DNA from: Isurus oxyrinchus
Taxonomy: Eukaryota
Assembly (NCBI GenBank): GCA_026770705.1
Contig: JANJGN010000026.1
Coordinates: forward strand, 6,014,001-6,078,000
Direction: 5' to 3'
Length of the DNA stretch: 64,000 nt
A program made the position numbers and the translations under genes. Below the pieces are notes generated by a model. That model saw only the letters and a program-made list of their open reading frames with translations, was not told the origin of the DNA and searched no databases. Shown here one piece after another: positions 1 through 13,259 of the stretch (positions are counted from its first letter, which is position 1; each line of letters starts with the position of its first letter).

Positions 1-99
1 ATCTCCCCTTTGGCAGGCAGCAAAGTGGCTCCTTTTTGGTCACTGCAATCAGGCTTGTCTTGAATCGACTCATGATCAGAGCACCCCGAGGTCCATTTC

Positions 100-960
100 A
101 CCCGGCCCAATATCAGTAATAACTGCATTTTCCCCCATCCCATGTTATATTCACTAAGGCTCTTAGTCAGTAATTTCTTCACTAGGTACTGTCTCAGTTT
201 AGGTTAATCTCAAAACAGCAACTGCACTTGGCCCTGTCCGAGTTTATGTCACGTTAGATCCTATATCAGTAATGACTGCAATTGCCCCGGTCCCAGTTTA
301 TATTAACCAAAACTCTTAATCAATAATTCCTTCCCTCCGCACTCTCTCAGTTTAGATTTATCTAGGCACAGTATGAGTCATCACTGAAGCATGCACTTTC
401 CCAGTTTATATCAATCGACATCCTGCATGAGTAATCACTGCACTTGACAATGCCTCAATGAATTTAAATGTATATCCTGTAACACAAATCACTGCCTCAG
501 TTAATATTCACCAAGACTCTTAATCAGTAATCCCTTCACTGGGCCCTGCCATAGCTTATACCAATAGAGCTTTACATCGTCAATCACTTTTCTTGGCCCT
601 GTCGCAGTTGATATTAATAAAACCCTGTATTATCAGCGACTGCACTTGACCCTGTCTCAATTTATATTGAGCAAACCCTGTATGAAGATACTATAGTGCA
701 TATATTTTATACGCAATGGCTGCACTAGATTCTGTCTTATCACTGCATTAGATATTGTTACTGTTATTATTAGAGCTGAAGCTGCCTCACCTACTATTGC
801 AAAAGTCTATATCTCTATTGCTATTAAATTAGCCCCTGTCTCATTTATCACCTTAGAGCCCAAGTCTATTAAAACTACACTAGGCTCTCCCTTGGTTAGA
901 CTGGTCAAAAATGCTGGCTTTGTTACATCACGCTAGGCCTCAGCTCATTTAAGACTACGT
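100..960. repeat. Degenerate ~27-bp satellite array 1 (54-bp dimer periodicity)
   Basis: Recurrent CAGTAATCACTGCACTTGGCCCTGTCTCAGTTTATATT-like units. CAGTAAT-like words at ~114, 168, 267, 321, 376, 429, 525 and 579, mostly ~54 bp apart. Confidence 0.75.
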
Positions 961-976
961 TAAACACCACCTTATA

Positions 977-1049
977 GACAGACAGAGAGAGACAGATAGA
1001 TAGGTAGATAGATAGATAGATAAATAGATAGATAGATAGATAGATAGAT
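977..1049 (+). repeat. (GATA)n/(GACA)n microsatellite
   Basis: Direct reading of gacagacagagagagacagatagatag...tagat. Confidence 0.95.
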
Positions 1050-2412
1050 TGAGAGTGAGGGCGAAAGGCGAACAATTATTCACTCTGCTCATTGAAAAAC
1101 TGTGTTGTATTAAAGTTTACACATTCGCACTTGTCTTGTACTGTGCAAAGTTACCCCCTTCCTTGAAGCTTCACAGAACTCACTTAACCTCTCTCTCCCT
1201 ATCACTCTCTCTCTCTCTCACTCTCCATCTCTACCTCACCCGCCATCCCTTTCTTTCTCTGAGACACCAGCTCCCCTAATGGTCCTCTTTTTCTTTCCAA
1301 GACAGCAACTCACTCACTTAAAGTTTGTCCCGCAAAACATTGATTATTTAACCCCGCTCTCACACAGAGGCCATTTAATCTCTTAAACTCTCTACTCCCG
1401 CCCTCAGACAACATATGATTCATTTAAAACATTCTTTATCCAAATACTCATCCGGGAGGGATTTTTTATTTTTATTTTCTCTCATTTCTCCAATTGGTAA
1501 CCCTCACTCCACCTCGACGTTCAATCAATATGTTAAAACGAAAAGAAGCCCATACGTTTCTTTCTTTGACATGAGAAAGAAGTTGAATGCAATGTTAAAA
1601 GTAGGAACAATCTATGACGTGCTTCTTGATGCAGTCAGAGTGAGCCCACCCTCAGAAGCAGGAAGACTGTTCATGGTGATAACATGAAACTGACGCTTGC
1701 TGTTCCATTCTCAGGTAACACAACTTCCTGTTTCTCTGCTGCCGGTTCCTAACCGCACAACTAACTTCTGAGCACAGAAGTAAATCCAGGGGCCATAATC
1801 TGTTGGAAACATCTGTCAAGGCGGCCTATGTCTGGCCACAGAGTCAGTGCAGAGTCTCACATATCACAGTCTGGTGAGATTTACAAATAAAACCGCTGAG
1901 ATCTGGTTCGAGCTTCCATTCCAGGACATAGCTGGATGTGTCTTTGGATCAGTCACTGATTTTTCCCTGTTCTCTAACGCCGGGAAATGACCGTTTTCTC
2001 CCTTGTATTTTGGCCATTTTCATTGTGTTACTTGTTTGGTTTATTGCTGAACTTTTCTCTCTCACCGCCTCTTCCTTTTTTCCCTTTCCCCTCGCTCACT
2101 TTTATGCTCTGTCTCTCAGTTCCAGTATCTCTCTCTCTCTCTCTGCTTCTACCTGTTTAATACACATGCTCAAAAACATTAAGAGTTTAATGCAGTAAAA
2201 AAAAAAGAGCTCATTTCAACTGGCGCAACAATCAGTGATCAGAGGGGTTAGATTCAGATTAATTGAACTGGATGGTGAGATGAGGAAAACTGTTTTTTTT
2301 TAACACTGAGTTATCATGAGCTGCAATGCACAGGGCGAAATGGAGGAAGGAGCAAATTCAACTTTGGAAAGGGGTAAATACTTTCGTGCTTAAAATCGGC
2401 CGGATAATATAA

Positions 2413-3520
2413 TTATAGAGGCATAGAAAAGTTATGGTGCAGAAAGAGGCCATTCAGCCTGTCGTGCGTGCGCCGGTTAAAAAGATAAATGAAGAGAAAT
2501 TGCAGCTGATTTGAATCGCGATGTCCAGCACCTGGCCCGTAGCCTTGCAAGTTACAGCATTTCGTTTGCGGTTCCAGGTATCTTTTAGATGGGTTGAGTG
2601 TTGCAGCCTCACCCACCAATTTAGGCAGTGACCTCCAGATATCCACCACCCCCTGGGTGAACAATTTTTGATCATGTCCCCTCTAATACCACAACCAATC
2701 GCCTTAAATCTATGCCGTCCTGGTAAGTGACCGTTCAGTTACAAGAAACAGGTCTTTACCGTCGACCCTATCTAGACCCCTCTTATTTTGAAAACCTGAA
2801 TTATTCACCCCTTAGCCTTCCCTGTTCTTTAGATAACCACCCTAGTCTGTCCAATCTCTCCTCATCAGTGCAATTTCCAAGCCCTGACAAAATTCTTGTC
2901 AATCTCCTCTGCACTGCCTGCAGAGCAATTATGTCCTTCATGTAAGGTGATCACCAGAGCTGTACCTGAACCACAATTCCATCTTTAAATCTCTGCTTTT
3001 GTATTCAATACCTCGCCTAATAAAGGACAACCATCACTTTGCTTTCTTGACGACCTTGTCTACCTGTTCTTCCACCATAAAGGACAGGTGGACATGCAAC
3101 CCAAGGTCTCGCCTATCAACCTCTCCCAATAACTTCCAATTAATTGAGTAGTCCTTTGCTTTGTTTGCCCTCACAATTGTCTGGATTCACTTCCATTTGC
3201 CATTTCGACGCCCAATCAACAAAGCAGTGATATCATTCTTGTCGCCAGCTATCCTCTTCACTTTGAACTTCACGGCCATGTTTGCATCATCTGCAAATTT
3301 CCCAATCATGTCTCCCACATTTAACTCTAAGTTATTAATATATACAACAAACAGCAAGGGGCCCAGCACTGAGCCCTGTGGTACACCACTGGGAACCGTT
3401 TACCTTTCGTAAATGCATGCATTGACGATTACCGTTTGTTTCCTGTTACTGTGACAAATTTGGATTCAAACTGTTACCTTCCTCCGTATCCCATGAGTTC
3501 TCACTTTCCTGACCATTATG
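2413..3520 (-). mobile_element. CR1-clade LINE, 5'-truncated and degenerate
   Basis: Minus-strand RT remnant LGPLLFVVYINNL...IGKFADD (3187-3369). ORF2 C-terminus FTQGVVDIWRSLP and a typical shark CR1 3' end near 2420-2460. Confidence 0.85.
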
Positions 3521-4659
3521 GGGAATGTCACTAATTGGACAGACTTTTGAAAGAGTAGACGTATGCACCGTGTGCTGACTGGACTTTTCCAATTATGTTA
3601 TGCCTTTATTACTGTTTCCTTTTCTGTATTTATGTATCGTCTTGTTGCAGCATCATTTCGGCACCTACCTCTGTACTTTACTGGGCCCAAATAAAATATA
3701 ATAATCACATGGTTTGCATCGTGGGCTCATCCTGTCGCCTGAAAGTGCCTGCACATATAATGCTGATAATTGTCAGGCAGCTGTCAAGAGTTTATTCATA
3801 AACTTTAAAGTGAATGTCACTGGATTGAAATCTTATCAGAGAATTACAAACTCCTTGAAACTTTGTGACACAGAATTTTTCCCTGGGGCGATTTCGTTAC
3901 TTGATCTTTTCAGTGACAATGAGCATCAGGCAGAAGATTGAAAATGTTGGTTTCTTTGCGTGGCCAGACTCGGCCCGTGTGCCTCTGTCCAACACCTAAA
4001 CTGCAAGAAAAGCTGTGAAGCAACAGATCCGTTTCTGTTCCACTGACAGATGTGTCACTGTCACCTCAGGTATCAGAAACCTCTGCAGTCGCCACGCCCT
4101 CATTTTCTCACCCTTGGGTACAGCCATCCTTAGTCACTCTCAGTCACGGGCCTCAGTCAATACTTCTCCATTACTATCTTATCACAGAGCACCCTGCTCC
4201 ACTCATCATTACATAGGGCCCTGCAATATGCACAAAACACAATGGCGTTCCACCTGTTTGCCTGACAATTAAAATCGAATGTTCTTCGCTCATCTACCTC
4301 GCTCAATGTAAGACTACAAGCGGTAACAATGGCCTCTGTCACTGATATATTTCAGTCGGCCTCTGTGACCATTATCATTCCGGGATCCAGTCTGCTCCAG
4401 GCCCTGTAATCGCCACTTGCTTGGTAAATCAAAATGGAAGAGTTTTCTTTTTTATTGAACACAAATGTCAATCTCATGATTATGTCGCAGGAACCGCTGC
4501 CTGGCTGGATAGGGAAGCTGCAGAATTGCTCTGACTGCTATATTCCCTCGCCGATTCTAAATGTAAGAAAATACTAGGAAAAAGGACGTAAAAGCAAATG
4601 AAGTTGAATTTATACTGACACCTGGAGAATCCATCCAGATTCTATGGTGCAGTCTTTTT

Positions 4660-4860
4660 TTTAATTCATTGTTGGCATTGGGGATCCCTGGCTGGGCCAG
4701 AATTTATTGTCCATCCCATATTGCCCTTGAGATGATGGTGGTGAGCTGACTTGTTGAACAACTGCAGTCCATATGGTGTAGCTAACCCGACAGTGTTGTT
4801 AGGGAGAGAGTTCCATGATTTTAACTGGACGAAGACTTGAACCCATAAACTTTGACCCTG
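4660..4860 (-). mobile_element. 3' end of second LINE family (CR1/L2 superfamily)
   Basis: Reverse-complement match to the 3' end at 19830-19995 (SWNSLPNNTVG...GLQLF...HHHLKGN, GGGCAATAAAT-like tail). Confidence 0.75.
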
Positions 4861-4999
4861 GAGTGAGAGTGCTGTCAATTATTGAATATGGGCATGTTCT
4901 GTTCACAGTTCCGATCACACAAGCCCGTGTCTGTGTTGTTAAATAATTCTTATTCCATTCAAAGTTCAATGGTCCTTGATTCCGTTATTCTGCAAAAAA

Positions 5000-5640
5000 A
5001 ATTACAGTGTTTCTGGAATCACACGCCCTAACTTCGGTTTTGGTGCACTGGATACCGTCTATGCTATCAGCACACTTTATGCAGTGATGTGTTCAGTAAT
5101 ACATAGCATCCTGCGGCTGTTATTATTGGGTCGAACACTGTCTTGGTTACACCAAGTTTAAACGTGCCTTTGCTATAATCACACTGGACTCTGAATGCAT
5201 TATTATTGGATTGCCTCCTATTTTGATAATTATTAAACTTTACTCCCGCCCTGGTCCAGTCAGAAAATAATCTGCTTCTTGTTCCAATTCTTGCACACGC
5301 CTCTTATGGGATCAGCAATCCCGTCAATTTTCAAGAGTAATGTGCTTCTAACATTAATGAATTTGACAGTCCTCACTTAGTGATACACTGTTACCTATTT
5401 CCGGTATTATTGTACAAAGTATTGCATCCACTATCATTAAACATAGACTTCTTTCTTCTATTTTTACACTAAGTCCTGCCTTTGCTATTCATGTCGTAGC
5501 CCAGATCTTTGTTTGCACCGCGCCCTGTCTCTGCTTTAACTGCACTAGATTATCTCTGTGTCTATTACGTCAGGTCGTATCTTTGTTATTGCTGCACTAG
5601 CCCATATCTCTGTTTATAACACATAGACCCTGTCTCTACT
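5000..5640. repeat. Degenerate ~27-bp satellite array 2
   Basis: Units such as GTTATTGCTGCACTAGCCCATATCTC and ACATAGACCCTGTCTC; same orientation as array 1. Confidence 0.65.
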
Positions 5641-5938
5641 TATGGTACAAAGGGCCTGATTCTTTATATAGAATATAGAGCATAGGAGCAGAATATTCAA
5701 AGCAAAAAGGATTACTGCAGTTATAGTCGAAACAGTGGAAGTAACTTTCAAAGGTTCTAGAAACAAAAGAGTGAAAATTCCTTGGAGATAAAGGAATGTT
5801 TCAAGCCTTTCCATCGCATGGATTAAGAATTTAGAGAAGTACAGTTGTATTAACATCACAGAAAGGTACAATTTCAATTTGTCCAGTTTACTTCCACAAA
5901 TAATAAAAGCCTCGTGGTATAGACAGGAGTTTCAGTAA

Positions 5939-6080
5939 CTCTTTCGAGTACAAACACGTTTCCATCTGTTCCTATTCAGATGAAGTCACATTGTTTCATA
6001 AGTTGCCATTGTGAGATTTGAACTCTTGATCTTGGGATTACAAGCCCAGTACCATAAACACTTGGCTACTTAGGCCAAGC
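5939..6080 (-). mobile_element. Short tRNA-derived SINE with 15-bp target-site duplication
   Basis: Minus-strand head has A-box TAGCCAAGTG, anticodon-like arm GGG-CTTGTAA-TCCC and B-box GTTCAAATC. Flanked by CAGGAGTTTCAGTAA (5924-5938) and CAGGAGCTTCAGTAA (6081-6095). Confidence 0.8.
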
Positions 6081-6819
6081 CAGGAGCTTCAGTAAGTTGC
6101 TGCTGTGATCATTTGTTGATAAACTGCCCTTATTCTCGAGGTAATTTAATCCACTTTCCATCTAATCACCAGAGAGATATATCTACCCTGGAAATGACAT
6201 AATCAGTCTGAAATCACTTTATAAACAAGAGCCCGCAGCAGAATGGTTATTAATAAATATTTACAATCTTAAACGAACTTCAGGTAAAATACATGAGTTG
6301 TTCTTTTTGAGGTTTGAACACACTTACTGAAGGTGCTGACAGACTGAGAGGTGTGTGTGGTTCGAGAGAGAGAGAGAGAGAAGCAGACAGACAGTGAGTT
6401 AGGCGCTGCACCAGGTATAGAGGAGAGCAAGAGATTGGTGATAGACACCTTCATCTTATAACGAAATGGCCAACATGACAAGAATTTGGACATAAGGGTA
6501 CATAAGAGAAAAATGTTATGATTTTTCTTTCTGCATTCAAAGGTCTGCTGCCTCAATTTGAATAATGGGAAATGAAATTCCAACGAAAAATATGGCGAAG
6601 GTAAATCATTTCTCTGTGAGGAATTACACCACAAGTATGATACATGATTGCAAGCATATTGGACAGGCGGTGTCTGATACATGACACTGTCGAGTATAAC
6701 GAAACTGAATATCAGGCGCTGCGCTGTATTGGCGGTCGATCTCCTGTCGCCCATTTCTGGCCAAGGCCAGGGACCATTTTCTTACTCCATGCCTTTATTT
6801 ATATAATCTCTCCATTTCA

Positions 6820-7620
6820 CATAGACAAAGACTAGTGCAGTAATAACTGAGATTGGGTCTAGCTTAAGTTAAGCTGAGACATTGTCTTCTGAAGTAGTAA
6901 TAGAGATCGGGGCTGCTGCAATATACATAGAAAATGGGTCCAGTTTAGCATTAAAAAATGCAGTGTCTAGTTCAATAATAACTGCGACTGCATCTTCTGT
7001 GATGTGAGACATGGTCTGGTAGAGTGTAAAGAGATAGTGCTAATGTAATATAAGCAGAGACATGGAGCAGTACAGCAGCAATTAAAACGGGGCTTAGTGG
7101 TGTGTATACAGACCCTGAATCCAGCGCAGTAAAAACTGGGACTTTGTCGTATGTAATACAAAAAGAGACATGGAATAGCTCCAGAAAAACAGAACTGGGG
7201 CCAAGTACTGATATAAATGAGGCAGGATCTGGTGTGATATTATGATATGGTACAGTTGGATATAAACTAAGAAAGGGTCAGGTGTAGTAATGCTGAGACA
7301 TGGCGGAGTGCACCAATTATCGATACATCTTCAATAATATAAAGAGAAACTGGACCTAGTTCAATCATTACTGAGACAAGATCCAGCGTATTAGTTATAG
7401 ACGTGGCCTTGAGTAATATAATCATACGCATGTACAGTAAATACAAAGACTGGGTCAATATCAATATAAACAGATGCAAGGAAAAGCCCCTCGGAATGTA
7501 AGCTGAAAAATGATCTAGTTTGATATAAACAGAGAAATGATCTGGTGTAGCGTAAACAGAAATGTGATCTAGTGGATTATAATGTGAGACCGTGAAGGGA
7601 GCAGCAATAATTGAGACAAT
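6820..7620. repeat. Degenerate ~27-bp satellite array 3 (opposite orientation to arrays 1 and 2)
   Basis: Eyeballed consensus GAGACAGGGTCTAGTGCAGTAATAACT, recurring with heavy divergence. Confidence 0.75.
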
Positions 7621-7899
7621 GCCTGGTTAAAGTAAAGCAACCTCGGCTACACTGTCATCTGCCGGACAAACGTTGCTATTGTCAATGCCGTGTAAATGCC
7701 AATTTCAGCGAAAGATTGTGATAATAATTATAGAACTATGGAATGCTTGCAGCACAGGAGGAGGCCTCTTAAGCTTAGGAGATTTTGAGAGATAAAACCA
7801 TTTAAAAAAAATATATCTAAGTTCCGAATTCTTGGTTTATAATAATGGAGTATTCAATTGTGGCTGACCTGACAAGTTCTAAATAAGCATTATTTATGG

Positions 7900-10800
7900 A
7901 TCAAGTAGACCTTATTAAACAAGATTTCCAGGAAGAGAACTGCAAAGACTCACGGCCCTCTGAGAGAAATAAAAGTCGCCTAATCTCAGTTTCAAATGGG
8001 CAGGCCCTTATATTTAAACAGTGACCCCTAATGTTAGATTCTCTCACATGAGGAAACACCCTCGCCACATCCACCCTGTCAAGACCCCTCTGCATCTCAT
8101 ACTTTTCAATCAAGTGGCCTCTTATTCTCCTAAACTCCAGTGGATGCAAGCCTAGTCTGTCTAACCTTTCCTCATGAAACAACCCGCCCATTCCAGGTAT
8201 GAGTCTGATAAAACTTCTCTAAACAGACTCTAAAGCATTTATATCATCCCATAAATAAGGTAACCAATATTGCACACAGTATTCCAGGTGTACTCCCACT
8301 AGTCCTCTGTATACCCGGAGCATGACATCCCTACTTTTTTAATTCAATTCTTCTTGCAATAAATGTTAACTTTGTATTAGCTTTCCTAATTACTTGCTGT
8401 ACCTTCACACTAGCTTTTTGTGAATCATACATTAAGACACCAGATCACTGTATCTCAGAGCTCTGCAATATCTCTCTATTTAGATAGTACGCTACTCCTT
8501 TTTCCGTCCTGCCACAATAGGCAATTTGAAATTTCCGATATTGTACTCCATTCGCCAGAAATTTTCCCACTCATTTTACATATCTATGCCTTTTTGTAAC
8601 CTCATTATGTCCTCCTCACAACTTACTTCCCTACCTATTTTTGTGTCATCAGCAAATTTGGCAACCATCCCTTCCATCCCTTCATGCAATCATTTATATA
8701 AATTGTAGGCAGTTGAGTTCCAGACTGAGTCCTCGGGCACACTTCTCTTCACAGCTTTCCAACCTGAAAAATCTCATTTATGCCTACTGTCTTCTTCTTG
8801 TTAGCCAGCCAATCATCTATCCCTGCCAATAAGTTACCCCCTTATACTTTAAGCTTTTATTTTCCACAATAACCTTTCCTGTGGCCCTTTATCAAATGCC
8901 CTCTGCAGTATATCCACCGGTTCCCCTTTGTCCACAGCCCATGTAGCTTCCTCAAAATCATGCTCGTTCTGCCTGATTCCCTTGGTTTTATCGAAGTTAT
9001 CTGCGACAGCTTCTTTCATAGCAGCTTCTAACATTTTCCCTGTAACAGATATCAAGCTAACTGATCTGTAGTTTCCCGTTTTCTGTCTCCTTCCCTTTTT
9101 GTATATTGGAGTTACATTTACTTTATTCCAATGCAAAGGGACCTTCTCTGAAACTAGGGAGCTTGGAAAAACATAAAACCAAGGCATCAAGTTCCTCACT
9201 AGCCACTTCTCGTAAGACACCAGTGTGAAGTCCATCAGTACCCAAGCACTTGTCAGCCTGCAACTCCAACAATTTACTCAGCACCACTTATCTGGTGATT
9301 GCAATTTTCCTGAGTTCCTCCCTATCTTCTATTTCCTGATATAAAGCTGCCTTTGGAATATTGTACTCTCTGTAGTAAAGACTGAGGAAAATGCCTGGTT
9401 GACTCACCTGCCAATTCCTTGGTTCCCATTATCAGTTCTTCAGACTGCAATTCTCTTGTTCCAACGCTCAGTTTGATAACTCGTTTGTCTGTTAAAAACA
9501 TATTCCTGGAACCACTTACTACCTGTTTTTATATTTGTGGCTAACGTTCTCTCGTACTCTATTTTATTCCCTTCCTCATTAATTTTTTATTCAAAATTTG
9601 CTGTTCCTTCTCTTCTGCCCAATCTTCCGGTATTCCATCTATCTTCAAACAAACATATAATTGTTTTCTTTAAGTTTGGTGCCATCTTTCACCTTCCTAG
9701 TTAACCAGGGATGGTGTGTCATCCCTTGGACTTTTTTTTTTACTCGTTGGAATGTATATATCCTCTTAATTTTGATATATCCCCGAAAATGTTTTCCACT
9801 TCATCTCTATTGACCTATCCCTTAACTTAATTTGCCAATTCACTTTAGCCAGTTCTGGTTTCATGCCCTCATAATTGCCCTAATTTAATTTTAAAAAAAC
9901 TAGTCTCAGACCCACTCCTCTCTCCCTCAAACAGAATGTAAAATTCAAACATACGATGGTTACTACTACCGAGGGGCGCCTTCACCATGAGGTCAATAAT
10001 TAATCCCGTCTCGCTGCACAATACAAGGTCTGGTATAGCCTGCTCTCTAGTTGGCTCTAAAACTAAGAAACTATCCTGGAAGCATTCTTTCAGTTCCTCA
10101 TCTGGGCTACTACTGTTATTATTAATAGTGCGGCTGAATATCTTGGGGTACAGCAAGATATACACGGGTTGGTCAAATGGGAAGATAAGTGGCAGATCGA
10201 ATTTAACGCTGAAAAGTGTGAGGTGATACACTTTGGAAGGAATAATTTGACAAGCAAGTATTCAATGAACAGCATGACACTATGAAGCTCTGAGGAACAA
10301 TGGGCCCTTGGCGTGAGCATCCATAGATCTCTGAAGGTGGAGGGGCATGTTAGTGGGGTGGTGAAAAAAGCATACTGGACACTTGCCTTTATCAATCGAG
10401 GCATTGATTACAAAAGTAGGGAGGTCATGTTGGAGTTGTATAGAACCTTGGCGATGCTAAAGCTGGAGTACTGTGTGCAGTTCTGTTCGCCACATTATAG
10501 GAATGATGTCATTGCACTGGAAGGAGTGCAGAGGAGTTTCACCAGGATATTGCCTGGGATGAAACATTTAAGTTATGAAGAGTGATTGGATAGACTTGGG
10601 TTGTGTTCGTTTGAGCAGAGAAGAATTAGGGGTGACCTGATCGTGGTGTACAATATTATGAGGGCCATGGAGAAGGTGCACAGGGAGCATCTGTTCCCTT
10701 TAGTTGAAGGGTCGGTCACTAAGGTGAGGGGCATGGGGTTTAGGGGGGAGTAGAGGAAAAACTTTTTTACTCAGACGGTGGCGATGGCCTGGAATGCGCT

Positions 10801-11380
10801 GCCTGGGAGGGTGGTGGAGGCAGTTTTCCTCACATCCTTTAAAAAGTACCTGGATGAGCAATTGGCACGTCATAACATTCAAGGCTATAGGCGAAATGCT
10901 GGTGAATGGGGTTAGGTAGTTAAGTCAAGTGTTTCTCACTGTCGTTGCAGACTTGATGGGCCGAAAGGCCTCTTCTGCACTGCGTGATTCTGTGTGATTC
11001 TGTGCTTTTGTGATACTTTTTCCCACCTAACTTTTCCAGTCTATCCATAGATTGAAACCCCCCGTGATTATGGTCCTGCCTTTCCGACAAGTTCCTATTC
11101 TTTCTTCCTTCATGTTCCATCCTCCCTTTTGGTTACTATTAGGAGAAGGATGACGCCTTCAAACGATTTGTTTTCTTTCCCATTGTTCATCTTTATCCAA
11201 ACAGTTTCCACATCCTTGTTTCAAGAGCTGGGTCATCCTTCTCTAATCTGCTAAACTATCATTAACTAGCAGGGCCAATCCCACCGTTTCTTCTCTTCAT
11301 GTCCTTCCAAAATCCCTTTGATATTCCAGTCCCAATCCATGTCGTCCTGCACCTATCAAATCGTACTTCTTTATTTATAG
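7900..11380 (-). mobile_element. Degenerate CR1 LINE (EN-RT remnants) interrupted by a nested insertion
   Basis: Minus-strand remnants: EERLDRLGLHPLEFRR (7901-8191), NVTPIYKKGRRQKTGNYRSVSL (8849-9235), DEELKECFQDSFL..PTREQAIPDLVL (9869-10105). The endonuclease continues (GDFN-like/IDW) at ~11015-11080. Confidence 0.85.
10106..11014 (+). mobile_element. 5'-truncated CR1 LINE nested in the older CR1
   Basis: Plus-strand ORF2 C-terminus KKAYWTLAFINRGIDYKSREVMLELYRTL..LEYCVQF (10313-10585); tail GTGATTCTGTGTGATTCTGTG. Confidence 0.85.
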
Positions 11381-12099
11381 ATGTGCATTTATTTGCAAAG
11401 AATCAAAATTAACCTCTTTCGTTGGCTTGCTGTGAGAGTCATTTAGTGTCACCACATGACTGTACGTAAAGGCATGAACACTGACGACAAACCTGCATCT
11501 CTTATTCCCTAGGCCCCCGGATGTACATTCAATTGTGAGCAAATAACACACCATTTTAAATACAAAACTATTGCAAACAACTTTAGATCCTCTTATCAAT
11601 AATACAACTTATCGTATACAATCACATCAACACTTAATTCAACACCATAACAGAGCTACGAAAGCCACTAATAGTAAATGGTGATAACACTTCCTACACT
11701 GATGCCAAGAGGAAGGCTGTCCTCCAATACAGATCTTCACCTCTACGGATATGATTAATCAATTCAACCAAACCATACATCGTAAAATTTTAAGATGAGC
11801 CGACAAGTAAAGTTAAAACTGCTGAATTCACTTTTTTTTCCTTTATCCCTTTGAAGCTGACATAGAATCCACAATTGCACAGTTCAATTCAAACAAATGC
11901 AATTCATTGCAACTGGACTTCTCGGTACCTTAAAGTATTTAAGACAATAGAACTGGTTCCTCGCAAAGAGCTGTTATCCTATCCCCACACTTAAAACTAA
12001 ATTGCCTCAGGAGCAGAAACTCAGCCTGAGCTGTAAGGATAACATAAATATTACTTCAGAACAACATAAACCCCTGTAATATTCGAAGTAATATTGCTA

Positions 12100-12720
12100 T
12101 TTACAGGTCATTCCATCCGACTTCACTGTTTCTGTCCTGTGAATCAATAATTCATCTCCCGCCACCCCCCTGACTGTTCCCCATCGTTCAGAAGTTTCCC
12201 TCCTGTTCATATAATTATGCAAGTTTATTTTGAATGACTCGATTGTCACGGCCTCCAGCACACTCTGAGGCAGTCCATTCAAGTTCCTAACCACTCTCTG
12301 CATGAGCTAAAGCGTTTCCTCGTGTCGCTAATGCTTCGTTTGCCAATTACATTTAATCTGTGCATTTTGGTTCCCAACCCATGCACCAATCGAACAGTTT
12401 TCTAATTTCTACTCTGTACAGACCCATCTAAATTTTGAATACGTCTATAAATTCTGCTCTCAACCCTCTATTCTCTATGGAAATCAGTCCCAAATTCTCA
12501 AATTTATCTGTGTGACTGAAGACCCCGGTCCCTGGAACTACTCTCATGAATCTTTCCTGCTCTCTCAATGATACCTTCACACTTTTATTAAAATCTGGTC
12601 CCCAGAACTGGACGCAAATACTCCTGTTGAGACTTTAACAGTGTTTAAAGACTTCTTTGTTTTTGAACTCTATGCCCCTATTTAAAAAGCCTCAGACACC
12701 ATCTGCTTCATTAACCAATC
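12100..12720 (-). mobile_element. CR1 LINE 3' fragment
   Basis: QRVVRNLNGLPQSVLEAVTIESFK remnant; VQFW-type segment near 12600. Confidence 0.7.
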
Positions 12721-12729
12721 TGTCACTCG

Positions 12730-13145
12730 TAACAACAGAGGCAGGGCACCGTGTTATATAAACAGAAGATGGACTGGTGCAGAATGAACTGGGACATCCT
12801 CTAGCTTAATATAAACATGGCATACCCCTGTAATAACCAAAGCAATGATTCGTGCAATGCAAACAGGAACATGATTTAGTTTACTACATGGAGAGCCAGG
12901 GTACCATGAGGTAACAATTGAGACAGGACATTTCGTCATACTTGGTTCAGTGCAGTCATAACTTAGAGTGCCTCACAGAACATAAAGAGGAACTTGGTAG
13001 AGAATGCTAACAGCAGAGATTGGTCTGAATACAAAAATAAGTGAGACATGACCTGCTCTAATATGATCAGAGATACGACCTAATGTTATATAACAGACAT
13101 GGGGTCTAGTGGAGACTGGGTCTGTTGGAGTAACCATTAAGACAA
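12730..13145. repeat. Degenerate ~27-bp satellite array 4
   Basis: Units such as GAGACAGGACA..., GGTTCAGTGCAGTCATAACT and ACAGACATGGGGTCTAGT; same orientation as array 3. Confidence 0.7.
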
Positions 13146-13259
13146 TGCTGCTTTCACGCAATTTGAACAATCACGGTTTCCTTTCCTTCCGCTGGACAAA
13201 CCTTGCTGTTGCAGATGCTGTGAAAATGTGGATTTAAATTACTGTTTCTGATATCAATC

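Noticed and set aside
4054-4072. JH-like GTCACTGTCACCTCAG|GT (VTVTS plus donor)
   Set aside because: No WGxG motif and no RSS upstream; wrong strand relative to the IgM relic.
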